A DNA stretch of 64,000 nucleotides from Catajapyx aquilonaris (Eukaryota), in the NCBI GenBank assembly GCA_000934665.2, contig KZ538468.1, positions 1 to 64,000 of the forward strand. The letters are read 5' to 3'. The position numbers and the translations under genes are program-made. This document shows positions 15,030 through 28,917 of this stretch, one piece after another. Positions within the stretch are counted from its first letter, which is position 1. Each line of letters begins with the position of its first letter. Below the pieces are notes generated by a model. It worked only from the letters and a program-made list of their open reading frames with translations. It had not been told where the DNA came from and did not search any database.

Positions 15030-15221
15030 TTCTTTGAGCACTCAGATCATGGTCCAGACCTTGCACTGAGTGACATCCGCATGTTTTATCATCTTCTGAT
15101 ATATTTGGGCAGCCACGAATACAAGCAGGAAACGTCCAAGAGGCTTATAAGGAATAGGTTAGGAGGTGAGCACAGACACATAAAATATGTGACCAAGGTA
15201 CAAAAAATGTATACATCGATA
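15030..15221 (+). pseudogene. Degenerate mariner transposase C-terminal fragment
   Basis: EHSDHGPDLALSDIRMFYHLLIYLG matches the mariner HPPYSPDLAPSD-x-x-LF motif region. A shifted frame gives PRYKKCI, like the mariner terminal R(W/Y)xKC motif. Interrupted at 15222 by a MITE. Confidence 0.65.
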
Positions 15222-15372
15222 CAAGGGGGTAATCACTTCGGTACTCCGGTGTACACCTGCTGGGAGTGGTACTCCCTGGTACTCCTCAGGCACCTCACTC
15301 TTTATTACTCCTTGGTACTCCTTGAATTTGGTACTCCAGTGTACACTTTTCAGTCGAGTGATTACCCCCTTG
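15222..15372. mobile_element. MITE with 8-bp TSD (hAT- or P-superfamily-like), copy 1
   Basis: TIR CAAGGGGGTAATCACT / AGTGATTACCCCCTTG. TSD CATCGATA at 15214-15221 and 15373-15380. Internal GGTACTCC repeats. Confidence 0.92.
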
Positions 15373-17249
15373 CATCGATATGTTATTTGTCATCAATGGT
15401 ATAGGAAATGATATAGCATTCGCTATCATGTGGCTATGCTAAATTTTGTAAAAAAAAAAAATCTTCAATAAGTAGGCCCACAAACAGTACCGTATACTTA
15501 CTTATGGAATGCTACCGTGAAAGGAAACCATTTTTGTCATGTAATGACGTTCACGGCAAATGCAAAACTCCTTCATGTCATTAATAACAATGATAATGAC
15601 ACTATTTTCTCAATGACTGTGGCGCATAATGACGAAAAAAAGGGGCTGTTATTCCAGCTGTTAAGTTGCTCGACTTCCCGTCCCCTTTATTGCTTTATAT
15701 TACTTAATGAATATGTGCTTCGTAATATATTTCTGATAATTAAATACCTCGTGAATTTCTGTTTTAAAGCAAGTAAGTATATGTGTTAATAACATTGTAC
15801 ACTATAATAACATTATACAATATAAGAAAATTGCTTTATACGTAAGTCGGGCTTATTTATTGCGATATTATTTGTTGATAGTCATTACTGACCTTATAAT
15901 ACCAAAAATAAGGTACTCTCTACCAGAATTGAATCAAAAATTAATAACGAGAGGCTACATTACCATCATCTTAACCAATAAAACGGTGCACTTTTAGACA
16001 GACCACCCTACACAAGTGACTTGATAGCAATTAAACGTCATTTGAGGTTCTGCGTCTGAAGAGACGAGCAAGCATTATATTTTCACAGCCAATATACTTC
16101 AGTTTCAAGTGTCAAGACGTGATTGGAAGGCTCCTGTTTATGCCTGTTAAGATCAATAGTAGTTTGCATCATAAACTACTTTTAATGACCAGGGCAAAAT
16201 GTTTTATATCTATTGCGTACTTAAAAATTTCATGCTTATCCAATTTTTTTTGAAATCATTATTCTGCACTTATTTTGAGAATTAGCCTCTCCCTTCTGAA
16301 AAAAAAATATGTTGTCAGTAGACATAATATCCTTGATTAACCCGCTTTGAGAACAATAATCTGGCTTTGACATCGCTGGACATACCACCTAGCACACATG
16401 CAACCACAAAAAAGAGAGCTAGCGAAACCCCTTCCAGCCGCCTATCGGGCCAATATCCAATTAATGCCTAATTAATCTTTCGGTGTGGATGTGTGGAAAA
16501 GGGGGTGTGGGGACGCTAGTATATGGGCGGACCCGAGCTGTTATTACACAGCAGCAAAAGTTAACTCAATAAATAGCGGCCAGCTTTGGGCATCCCTATA
16601 TAGCCGTGCCATAACTGACAATAACAAGCTGAGTGTGGGGACGAACCAGAAAAACAAGCATTACAAGTTGGCGTTGGGTGGTGGTGGTCGCACGGGGAGG
16701 GGGGGGGTGTCCTATGGGGGGATAAAATCAAACATTGAGCAGTGTGTAATTCCACAACCGTCCAGCAAAAGAGAGNTCCTTCCGATGTCCTCGGCCTCAT
16801 GCGGAACTAATGGAGCCTAATTGGCATTGATGGCGCGGGATGGCTGCATGATGCACGGCGTAATGAAAAGCTAATTACGGAACCGATCGGGCGCCATTTG
16901 AAGTCCCGCCGAGGTTGGCCGGGGGGGAGAGGGAGAAGGGGGAAAAGGGGGAGAAGAGAGAAGGGTGGATGGGTGGGGAGACCGAAGGGGGAGGATTGGC
17001 CTTTATTGCCTTCCAGAGGACCGCAGCCAGCTTGAGTTTGGGGACACAAACGAGGCTTTTATCATGTGACTGGAGAGAAAGGGGACTCCTGGGAGACAGA
17101 CTTAATCCTATCATCTAGAGGGCTGCGAGTTTGCTATTGTCTATGTACACTCCTGGACGCAATCTAGTAAATCATGGAGACTCTGGAGTGGATGTGTTGA
17201 TGGGCTCGGGTAGTCCTAGATAAATCAATGGGATGTTCTAGTGTGTCTG

Positions 17250-17338
17250 ATTGATTCAACCAGAGGCTAGTGTATAGGCAACAATGAAACTAGCAATTCA
17301 AGCTTTCGACGTCACTGCTGTTCTCTGGTTGAATCAAT
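17250..17338. repeat. Short element with perfect 16-bp inverted termini (mini-MITE?)
   Basis: ATTGATTCAACCAGAG (17250-17265) and CTCTGGTTGAATCAAT (17323-17338). Confidence 0.55.
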
Positions 17339-18164
17339 AATGGGCTAATGATGATGTGATGAAAAGCAACAGGAGATTTGTGATACAGGGCTAACTATGC
17401 TGAAGTAGCCCCAATAGGGCAATTGGCCTTGTGGGATCTGACTGGAGTATACCTGGGAGGGGAGGATGCATCTATAAGAGTTATGGCCTGAGAGGAAAAG
17501 GGAATTGAAGTAAGAAGAATAAGAGCAGCAGGAAAGTACGTAGCACTAAGAAACAGGATTTTGGAGCAAATTTTATTTGATTTTATTTATTTGATTTGTT
17601 ACCCCTTCAGACAGTAGTCAATGTACAGTCGCCGACATATTGATTGAATCAGTTCCCTTGCGAGCCGATTTCTAACGTTATCCTGGCTATTCAGAGCAAT
17701 CCCGCACAACATCTTGCGAAATCCAGTGAGGCGAAAGAGTAAGGTATTTAACAGTGTGAACGGTGGCAGACGTAGGGGGGGGGGGGATTGGGAAGCTGGG
17801 GGAGGTGAAAAAAAAGAGTACAGATAAGACCCGCGACCTGATAAGACTCTGGCGAAAGGAAGATAAGATTAACTCATTTTGGGGCTATATTGATCAAATG
17901 TGCATTTCCCCCTCATGCACTTGAGTCCGAAGGCAAGGCAATAATTAATGTAGCCACATAATAGTGGTGGTGACAGTTGCCTTAGATTACTGATTAATAG
18001 GACATAATGAATTGTGCAGTTGTAAGGAAATGTCAGCTGTCAATCGCCAGTCCTATATTCCCTAGCATAATTGCAAACATAAATAACGCAACATTTACGC
18101 TCACAAGCATCTTAAATCGACAACTTTAGATAACTGAACAGCAGATGTCACACTGCAGCACNCC

Positions 18165-18303
18165 TATTATTTAGGAAGCGACCCCGGAATTTTCCTGGGA
18201 GGACCGTGGGAAACCACAGAAAACCACGGTTAGGATCGCCCCCCGGGGGCTCCAACCCAGGACCTTCCGATTAGCAGTCGGACACCTTATCCACTCCACC
18301 AAC
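18165..18303 (-). mobile_element. Truncated copy of SINE family D (5' part)
   Basis: gaccgtgggaaaccacagaaaaccacggt is identical to the 51896-52325 element and is followed by a degenerate tRNA-like head. Confidence 0.7.
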
Positions 18304-18859
18304 TAGAGCAAATAAAGTCATGATATGAATTGTTGGTAGGTGGTTGTTTATACAGTGCCTTACCCTGATTTTTTGACTCCGCTTACCCCTATGTCATTTT
18401 ACTACTCCAAGAGTACTCTATGCCTGTATTTATGAGATCACGTTTCCATGCATGCGCATTCAAGCTTGACAGGAGATATGCGAATTCAGTAACTTTTCCC
18501 TGTGCAGTGAACCTGTGATGAGGTACTAATATGAACTGTGACAGAGTAGCTAATATACATTTCTACATAATTATACGGCATGTAGGAAGTTTCTTTGCCC
18601 AAGTGGACGATGCGAAGAGGGGAAAGAGTTGATGGATTATTCATTCCTGGGCCTCATTTGAACTCCAGTCCAGACTCGGTACAAGGTGTGGGTCTTCCTT
18701 TACCTTTTTGCATGTTTTTGATCTTGCACGACACATGCGCATTGGAAATTGACCTCTGCCTGAAGCATCAACTGGTGCAGAGAAAAACCCTATATGTATT
18801 TTAATAACTTAACGTTTTTGATGTGTGTGAAACACAGTCATACGAATATTTTATATAAT

Positions 18860-19131
18860 TATGAAGACCTCGGGGGAAGAACGATCAAGGTCCATACCTA
18901 TTGTAAATGAGTTATATACAGAAGATAGTTTCACTTGCGTAGAAAATATGATGGAAGTTCCATTGTAAATCCCACTTTCGAGGTTGTGGAGTACTGTGTG
19001 ATCATTACTCCACAACATCGAAAGTGGGATTTATAATGGAACCTTACGGGCCTTCGAAATTTGAAATTGGAATATCTCTGTTTCAGACCTCAGGTAAGAT
19101 CTTGATTCGTTCTTCCCCCGAAGTCTTCATA
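18860..19131. mobile_element. MITE-like element with ~30-bp TIRs and an internal ~86-nt hairpin
   Basis: TATGAAGACCTCGGGGGAAGAACGA-TCAAG pairs with CTTGATTCGTTCTTCCCCCGAAGTCTTCATA. Internal inverted repeat at 18957-19042. Confidence 0.75.
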
Positions 19132-22100
19132 TGGTGAATATGAATATGCGCCTAATATTGTAAACACCCTATATGTAAATGATAGGGGGCACTATACAGT
19201 ATTTATATTTAAGTACAATAAAACACGTGACTAGGCCGGAATAATTAATAATTAAGTTACAGAAATTAGTAGCTTATACAGATGACAAATCAGTGGTTAT
19301 ATATCGACTTCTGTGCAAAGCGGCAGCACTCGACAATGTTATAGTATTCGCTGAATGAACCAATATTTAAACGTCTATGATCCGTATATAGTTATTGACA
19401 CCACCACACGATATCGGGACATGACACAACTGCAAAAGTAAAGAAAAATCTCTCGTGTATATTGTACGTAGCCTAATACAGAGTATACATCGAGTGATAC
19501 TCTGTCCATCTGTGTGTGACATAACTAAAAGGCATTCCTTGTCCTTTCCTTCCGGCCTCCAAGCACTCATCCATTCTAACCTGGATAGCACACTTTTGCC
19601 TCCCAAAAGCACATGATTTCCTCCCCTTTATGAAATATTTCCCCCCCAGATGACATTATGATTGGACAGCCCCAGCATCACGATAGGCCCATCTCTGAGC
19701 GGCCCATTTCCGGCCGACAATGGCCGGTCGACCTGTTACACAATGTTCTCCAACAAAACGACAGCGATGAGAGTCACGCCTTTTCTCCACGTTTGTATCC
19801 CCCCATGATGATGCTCAACTACATTCCACTCTAGTGTATACGTTAGGAATAAACCTATCCCCGGTCCTGCAAAACCCGCACGCAATTCCGTGACCGGCGC
19901 CGGATGGGTTCTATATTCCTGGGCAATGAGCTAAATTAACTTTACACTTGGGATTTGCATTGGCCGGCACTCTGCACGCCAGGCCCTTTATCCAATCGTC
20001 TTCATTACCGCCACCTGATTCCGAACATTGCCAAAGGATATACCCCAGTCCCCAGCATCTAATACGATTCGGAAATGCCAGGCTATCCGTAAGGCACGCA
20101 TACAAGCCCTACCTAATTAAGGGCATTCCCTTCCTCATTACGCCTTTGTGCACAGGCCCTTCTGAAATGCTGGATATTCAGTCGACGCTCTATGCACACA
20201 CTATCTCTCTTCTCTTTTGCCTATTAAATGTGCCATCTCAATCAATATTCATGGAGGGCTGATGTAGGAGAGGAAAAAATCTTACGTGCATATATAGGCT
20301 ATATACATATATATGCTGCTGTGCTCGGTTCAACATGTGATTATCATAATGTAGATAATGACTCCTTATACGTGTTCGTGACGGAAATTGTGGCGGGGTG
20401 TGCAAATTAGTAATGGAACTCGGCAGCTTACACAGAGAGGGTGTTATGCGTTAGGGTATGTGTTGGAGGTATACGCTGTTCTTTTATGAAAAACAAATGG
20501 ATTTGGATTCAAGTGCTCGCTATATTCTGAGAGTAATGAATTTTTATAGCTGCTTTCCTGTATAGCATTATGTTAAAAACAGCCGACATATTACAGTATT
20601 AGCAGCCGTCATATTTTGAGAGCCCAGGTAGAAAGCAACAACTGATTCGTAATAAACACGTTAATGTCAAACATTAAAACGAATGTACAGTCTGTAGTAA
20701 TTTAAAATGAAAGCAACGGGTATGTCACACTATATATTGTTATTTGCATGAATTGTCTCATATGGAGAAAGACATCTGCCTGAACACAAAATTTTCTGTT
20801 GGTAAAATTGCTATTTCTGCAACCTTGTAACGACAATCATTAGCCTCAGACTCCTTCAAATTTACTACTGACTGTCCACAGGAACAGAAGACCTTTCATA
20901 CTGTTATAGGGGAAATTTAGACGGTCTTTGTTGCAACAATTTACTAACAGTATATCACATCCATCTTATGAATAAGAATGGACAGATCCAATGTTCTCAA
21001 TCTGTCATGCATTGAAATTTTCTTCCTCGTTGGTCTGAATTTTTACCAAGTCCGCACGAAACATTTTGCCTACTCTGCAAGGCCAAGAAAGGTCTCACAG
21101 GCAGCATGTGGCTCCTTGAATCATTATTTCGCGCATCACCCATTAAGTCACATCAAGGATGCAGCTTCACCCCACAAGAATTCATCATTGTTGACGCACT
21201 CCAGCAGAAATGTCATCTGCGGGCACGTATATAGAAATGGTCTCGTAATGCGAACCCTATTAAATACCTTGTAATGAATTCATTAAGCAACTCCCCATAA
21301 TCTCCGCCGGCGAACAATGTAAAGGATAATCTCTTTATGCGCCGGAAAATCGCCATAAGAGTTTCATTAACAAAGGAGCCTTCCTTTCTCATGTTAATGC
21401 ACTGCTGCTTTTCCCCTACACTATCGTTCCTCCAATCTCTTAATTCCCATTATAATTACTGCAGATTACGGCACTCTCATGCAGCACTAATGTTCATGTG
21501 ACGTGCCCTTTTCTGTCTCGTGTGTGAAAGCAATTCATACAGCGATAATTTACCCGTTAAATCACAGGCTTACGCAGCAATTGATAAATACTATTAATGA
21601 CTTTTCCGGGATTGGCGGGACGTTCAAAAACTATAACTTTGACCGCACTTTGATCTCACCCGATATACACACACCTCTACCTGTTTTTTTATTATCGGGC
21701 TTCTATCGGTGTCGAGCTTATTAACATTCCCCCATTCCATCAAGCTTCGCCCGGCCAAATTTATCGCTCAACGCCCTTCTGGTAGCTCTCACAAAATGTC
21801 CATGGGTATAAGTTTGGCGGTTGTGTTCTTTTGCGCATTCCACACACGATAATGATCCTATCTGTTGGCTTTATCGCGGCTTATGACATCTGTAATTAAT
21901 GCGGCGGGTCCAAGACCGTGGCCGCAGGGGATAAGCTAGGCTGTCCTACCATTTTTCATCCTGCTCATTATTGTAAAAACATTAAAACAATTAACTATAA
22001 TAATAGACGCCTACCTCCGCTACTGTGTGGGGTATGTGGAGAAGGTACTTCCGCTCCACTATTATAAGAGACGGAAAGTTCGTCTTAAAGCCTGTGTACA

Positions 22101-22197
22101 GAAGCCAACATGTGGATTGTATGATACCATAATCCTAATATTTATTTTATTTTTTTATTTGTTTACCCTTTACTGACCAAATAATCCTGATATTATA

Positions 22198-22399
22198 CAG
22201 GGTGTTCTCTACCCAACTTGACGATCCGGAAGATGGGGTAAAGAGAAAAGTCGATGGGTTATAGTCACCCCTGCTGGTGCCCTGAAGATGTAAACAAAGT
22301 CGAAAAGGTTATTGATAAACCTATTGACCATTTTGCGTTCGATTTCAGCCACTAATTTTATCCCGGATGATCTGTCAACTTGAGCAGAGAAACACCCTG
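22198..22399. mobile_element. Tc1/mariner-type MITE (CAGGGTG termini, TA TSD)
   Basis: TA|CAGGGTGTT-CTCTACCCAACTTGAC ... GTCAACTTGAGCAGAGAAACACCCTG|TA. Confidence 0.75.
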
Positions 22400-25300
22400 T
22401 ATCCTATAACACAATCAGAAAATTATAATTCACATCCAGACTACCTAGAGAAATTGGCATGCTAATAGCTGATTATTGCAAAGCCAGGGAGGCACGAAAC
22501 ACTACAATAATTTATTTTGAAATTAAGATCCTCTTTTTAATGATTTGAGATGAAACACTCATTAACATCTAACGCCATCTGTGACACATCATGGGAACTG
22601 CCGTCAGATTTAACTGTGACACTATCTATGATAGGCCCTACATTATGGGAACTTCAAGAAGAGTTCTCCCTGGGTAATCAGCAGCCATCGGCCTATCACC
22701 CAAGAACCAAAATGGAGACCAAACGGGCAGATGCGGATTTGGAGAACATGACCAAAGGATGGACCGGGGGCGCGGGCTTGGGCGGTTGGCCCGGGCAAAT
22801 AACGGGTGGGGCAATCGGCATTAGGGAAGTGTATGAGGACGGGTCATAATGATACAGCGCAATGAAATATAAAAACATCCTTTATCAGTCACATCGAAGC
22901 ACTGCCATATCTAGCATATATCCATTGAAATTTCATCCTTTGTGTTGCCCCTTTGCGTGCGTTTATATCTGTCAGTGCTGAGGTAGATAATTTACTCGCT
23001 CCCTTAATAATGAGTACTTTTTGTGGATCATTCCAGCATCTTAATTAAACAGGAATCACCTTTCCGATTGATTTCTCACGTGACAAGTAACAAATGATTA
23101 GGCAAAAACACACCCAAAACAACCCAGAAAACTCATGTTTACTATGTGGCTCGTGTCATACATTGTTGGAAGTGAAATTATTGTACAAAAATATATCGCA
23201 GAATCTTGTTTCGGCCACAGGCCTGTGCACCCAATATGTTTTTGTCCAGCGCTCATGAGAAGAGGCGTAAAATGGTGATTACAATAAGGATGGGAAGCAA
23301 GATATCATAATGCACATCCAGGACAGGTTAAAGAAGCATCATTCAGTTAAACTCAGTTAAAATTAGGAGTGGAGTAAAATGCTGTGCATAATACTGTATA
23401 ACACAACAAGGTTACACATGCCTCTGTCACTTTTGGCTTCTCCAGCATGTTGCCCTGAATACAATGAAGACCTCCTCTATAGATGACCACCAGCATAGTA
23501 TGACAAAAAATGACACTCTCTTACAAAATGAATAGGTTTCTAATTCATCAAATTTAAAAACTTAAAATAATATTATATAGCGACATTTTGTGGCAAATAA
23601 TTGGAAATTAAAACATTCCGTATAAACAACACAATCTCTGAGATCGTGAATTCGATATTACCCTGCAGGTCGATATCCAGATCAAGGTTACGTTCAATGG
23701 CCCTGTCAGCTACCCTTCTAAAAGTGATGGCTTGCATGAATGAGTGCCATGTGGACCAAAGAATATATGTCCATGCGATCATAAATTATATTTACACAGA
23801 TTGCAGGGGATCCACCTTATATAAGTTTATCTCTTAACGACTGCACGAAACCGATGCGACGTCGCACTTGTCACACTCATTCAATGCCACTTGTATAATT
23901 TGCATCCCATGCTTATACAGGATATTTAATTCACTAGAACTCATTGAACTCTACAACCACCAGTCCTTCGCATGTATCATACCAAAAAATTTCCAGCAGA
24001 AAAACAAACGGGCGGACAAGAAAACAATCAGCATTCCCCTCCAGTAATACTTCAGGTCTTAGTCATCAAAACATGAAGTATAGCCAGAAGAGTGATGCAG
24101 CCCCCAAAACCGTTTGAAAGCGGGCTAAACCTGCAATTACCATCCTACCTGAAAAAGGTAGGTTTAGTTGTCTTCCAACCACGAAGGCCGCACATTATAC
24201 ACGGCATGGACCCACTGATTCCCAATGACATAAAATCCACTTAGTTTTTTGTCTCCGAATCATGATAGCTGGGCGTATATAGGAAACGGGAGTGGTGGTG
24301 AGGATTACGATAAAAAGTAACAACAGTCAAAAACTGGTACGTGACGCATACAAGCACCGTCTTGAAATTGAGCCCTTGATTACTGATGTCGTGAGATGTT
24401 CCGGCTCTCGGAAATAGGGGGGTAATGAATCCGAAAGGCCTGCATGGCGTTCGATTTGAGGACCAGATAACCTGGTATAATTTGCTCCATCCAGTTCCAT
24501 CCGTAGTCCCTACTGCGACCCTTTGACCTAGCTTTTAATGGGGACTTCTCCTCAAACATAAGATTAGAAGGAAGCGCCGCCACTGCAGGACACACACTCA
24601 TTCGTAAAGTCCCAAAAAAATGCAAGAAAGCAGAGTGGCGCCCTCCTGTTGCCCTTCTGGGTCGAACCGCTCAATTACCCGACCAGCCAGTCCCAAACTC
24701 TTAAGTTGTTTTTGATTGCAGCCCATGACTAAACCTGCAACTAGTGGCGGCGGCGGTGCTGGCCCCAACTGTACACCGTACATCTGCACATATTGTGTCT
24801 GGCCACAGGCACTATGGCGTCGCAATATGTAACTGCATATGTTTGTTGGTGATTAGTGGTAAACGACAATAATGTGTCGTTCCAATGGGGTTGGGTTGGG
24901 TTGGGTGTAGACGAGACAAGCAGTCGGCGTCTCACCTATATCACATCTAAAAAGGCGGAGAAGAGCCGGAGGCCATTACAGGGACAAATGGCCGCTAATG
25001 CCTCGGAAGAGGGCAAACCACAGTCCTGCAGGGGGGTCATTTACGAGGGGCACAGCCCGCAATTACGGAGCCCTGGCGCAGCATCGTGTCGTCGCCACGA
25101 CTGCCATTTCCTATAGGGTATATACTGAGTGAGGGTTGTGGGTTCAGCAGGGGTAGGGTGAGTGGTGAGGGTGGGCTTGGTTCTCATCGTACCGCAGTCT
25201 AGGCCACTCACACACTTCACAACAACCCTTTCATTTCCACAAAAAGCCATTTCATTAGTGCAATCCGGCTAGGGGGGGTCAGGTCGTGCCAGACAATCCT

Positions 25301-27005
25301 ACAACTGACTCCAATTCTATCATTACTGTGATGCTCAAATTGTCCAATTTCTTTGCATATTACAGGGTGACGTCATCAAATCCCACCCTCTAGAATCGAC
25401 GGCTCCCCCAATCCTGGTCCCTCGTACATTTAATGTAAGATAATTTCCGAGAGTCGAATAGCTGGACGGAATGTCTTCCGTGGGGGCGTAACCAGCGCGG
25501 AATAGCGAGTATAAGCGCACATTTTCATAATCACGTCGAAAAAGACCAGCAGAAATTGAGTGTCATTATAAAGAAATTACACCTGTTGGAAACTACAGAC
25601 CTGCACATGTTTTATCGTATATGGCAATATGTGATTAGGACCACTATAAAGTTACTGTTCATGACCGGTCGAGTGGATTCCAGTTCCCATTTCCTATATA
25701 TTATGCGTCAACTGCATATGGCGCTGATTCTAATTCAAAGCCTGTCATCATGTATGACTATAATTGTCTTGCCACCACCAGTTAGAATCGGAGCCCGGAA
25801 TCTGCAACACGTAAGGGCCAACATCAGTTTGATTTCTGTCATCGGTTGACAAGGGATTGACGTGTTAATTATAGGAATGCCCGTTTGGCTTCATTTGCAT
25901 ACTGAGTGGTTTGTTAATTTATTGACGTGTTCACATTTACTCTGTAGGTTTGCCTGAAACGGTGGATACAGCTGACCTACGTGACCATTTACGTGTGACA
26001 ACCAGTCCAAATGTGTTCGTCCCATCCTGATACCCAAAGCGACATTTTTGTTTCCAATATGGAATCACAGCTCGCCAAATAGATTTTTTTTTTGTAACAA
26101 GAGATAGAAAAAAGGTCGAAAAAAGAATGACCTGATTCAATGAGAAGGCAGGCAGTAATAATTCCTGACATTCGGGGGTTAACAACGAGGCTGTAAAGAA
26201 AACGACAAAGGAATCAAGTGTGCCGCATGACACTTTCCGTTCCATTCTACCATGAACCTATTCAAGAAAAACGCCATGACCGGAATGGCCAGGGCTGTGC
26301 AGAGATAACTGAGCTCAATTCGCATTTGAATAAAATCGTCTGTGCTGGCATACTCATAACATAAGATATGGAGAAGGTCGAATAGTCATGCGAGTTACAG
26401 GAAATTGCGACATTATTCATTGGTGTATATAGTTTAAAGTCGGGAAAGTATTCAAGATACTGGATAGGACCTATTGCAGGCATAAAGCTGTTACAAAAGT
26501 TAGAAGGTTGGGGCTGTTATCACGTAAAAAGGTGTTGATATGCATTTTATGTGAGAAATAGTGGAACTTTAAAAAATATGCCGTATAATAATCGTCCAGT
26601 CGCATGGGTTGTCCGTACAAAACACGACGTGCCATCACATCAAATTTGAATACCTAAATTAACACTATATATACAGTATCCACACTACCCAATTTCATTT
26701 ATAGAGTATCATTCCAAATTGCAGATATATATATAGACCTCTACTATACGGGCAAAGTTGAATGAAAGGGGATCCTGCTGGGCTGCTGACCAGCTATATA
26801 TCATCGGTCCATTTTCATATAGGCTGTATATCACTCTGAAAAAGTATTAATGCAAAACAATGTAGTCCCCAAATGCAATAACAGTTCAAACTTTGGTTTT
26901 GTATAGAATGAATTTGTTACACATGGTGGTGTCAGTGAAAGGTGCGAACTTTCAGATTTAGGCTTCTTGGGAATTTCTAAGACGAAATTATCATATTATG
27001 ATATA

Positions 27006-27341
27006 TTTTTTTATGTACCCCGTGATAGGGCCATAGGCCGAGTGGAATACCACCATTTTTCCTTCAATTTTCTATTTTTCTTCTAACTCCGGTGCAAGGA
27101 TGAAAGGACATGGGGTAAGGGTAGGGATTTTTTGGGGAGGGAACATAGGTGCAAGTGCAATGTCTACTAATGGGTCATGTGCTGTTCCCCAGGAGGTTAG
27201 GTTGCCAGACACCTCCTTGGTGCAGGTCAGAGACCCTCCTGACGCAGGTGAAAGGAAAGTTCCCCAGGCGGGGATCGAACCTGGGGCCTTGCACTCAGCA
27301 AGCCGAGACGTTACCATCTCGGCCACCACACCTCCCCCTCC
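27006..27341 (-). mobile_element. tRNA-derived SINE (family C)
   Basis: Minus strand has A box TGGCCGAGATGG, B box GGTTCGATCC and a poly-A tail. 12-bp TSD TATTATGATATA at 26994-27005 and 27342-27353. Confidence 0.85.
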
Positions 27342-28917
27342 TATTATGATATAACTTACAGCAATTGATTTTGGCGATTTCGGCTCAATCACGGAAATAA
27401 ACGTAGATAATGGGGGTCATCCAAGGATCCAGCGAGTTGTTCGAGCCCATAACCTCCTTTATGGATGATCTATTTCACCTATTTGTGTAAACTTAACGTG
27501 CCATTATCTCCTTAAATACGTAAGCAAATTTGCCAAAATCATCTAGGGTAATTTCGTCTGAGAAATTTGCAAAAATCCTGGAGTAAGTGCAAACCTTTTC
27601 TCACCACTCCGAATAGTGTAATAGTGTACTGGTATAGTATATTTCTCATGATGCTCACTATGCTGAAAACCTGATATTGAACTCAACAAATCTTATAGGC
27701 CTATACAATAAACTAACAGATATCTAGTCCTAACTAAATATTCATGTCATATGCTATGTACACCAAAAATGGAGGGGGGATAAATATATCTTTCATTATA
27801 ATAATTTTTTGCAGCACTTATTCAATATAACGGGTGTTAAGACGAAGCTGTCAGCATTTCATCCCTTTGAATGACGTGGGGAGAAAGGCGTTGACAAATT
27901 GTTGCTGTTAGAGCTATCTTTTACTGTTAGATGCAAGACGGCTTCAAGATATTTGGCGACTGAAAATAGGATATAATACGAATAAAAAATTGTAACTTAA
28001 CTGTGAACCCCATAACAAAATGCTTGATATATGTGTATAAGTTTATATGGTGAGGGATGCTCTTTGGCCTACCGTGCTGTGTATCAGATTTCAGCTCACA
28101 TTCTTTTTTTGTATGTGGTATAGAAATATCACGTATGCTAGTACAGGTCACGCTTGCCCCAATGACTGCGAAATGTATAGAGATGATAGAACTTTGTGCA
28201 ATACATCAATGCACCTATGCCCGGCTCGTATCTTGGAGATTATACCAGCAATTTGACGCAGCAGGAGAGTCCACAGAAATCCATCGATACTGATGCGAGT
28301 CGAAATCTAATACACACGGTACATTATTTAAGCCAAAACTAGGATATAGTCACTTATAAGAAGGAGTATTCTGAATACTGTACTCTTTAGAGCTGAACAT
28401 TATATACACAACAAAGTGTACCGGTAATAATATGATCGTACACATCCACCCTCTGAGCTGTATAACAGACGCAGTCACGCAGACATGCCCTCTTTACAAT
28501 GCATACATTAATATTATAGTCCACATACTCGTATTTAAGTGTACAAAATAAAATTAATGCAGTATCGTATAAGAAGGGGTTCACTTCTGTGTAAGTTACC
28601 ATATATAAGTTAATACAAGTACTGTACGTTTTGCAACTAGGCTACTGTACAAGAATGTTTTGCAATTTATTACTGCTGTACAAGTATATATACCTTTACA
28701 AAGCTTTGCATTCGGGCACATAATGTAAGCCTAAATTTTAAAAACCTTCTCATATTCACCTGCTCACTTGATATTGTTCTGGAGAGTTGCCATGCCCCTC
28801 CTATATATTGTACAGTGTGTCACAAATGAATTTCCTCTATGCAGTTTTTCAGACAAAGAGGCTCATTCTTAAGCAGTACAACTTTTTCAGATATATTTAT
28901 ATTTTATCTATAAAGTG

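Noticed and set aside
22283..22310. CTGAAGA...CGAAA resembling a hammerhead ribozyme core
   Set aside because: Stem II and the flanking helices do not pair convincingly, and it lies within a DNA MITE.
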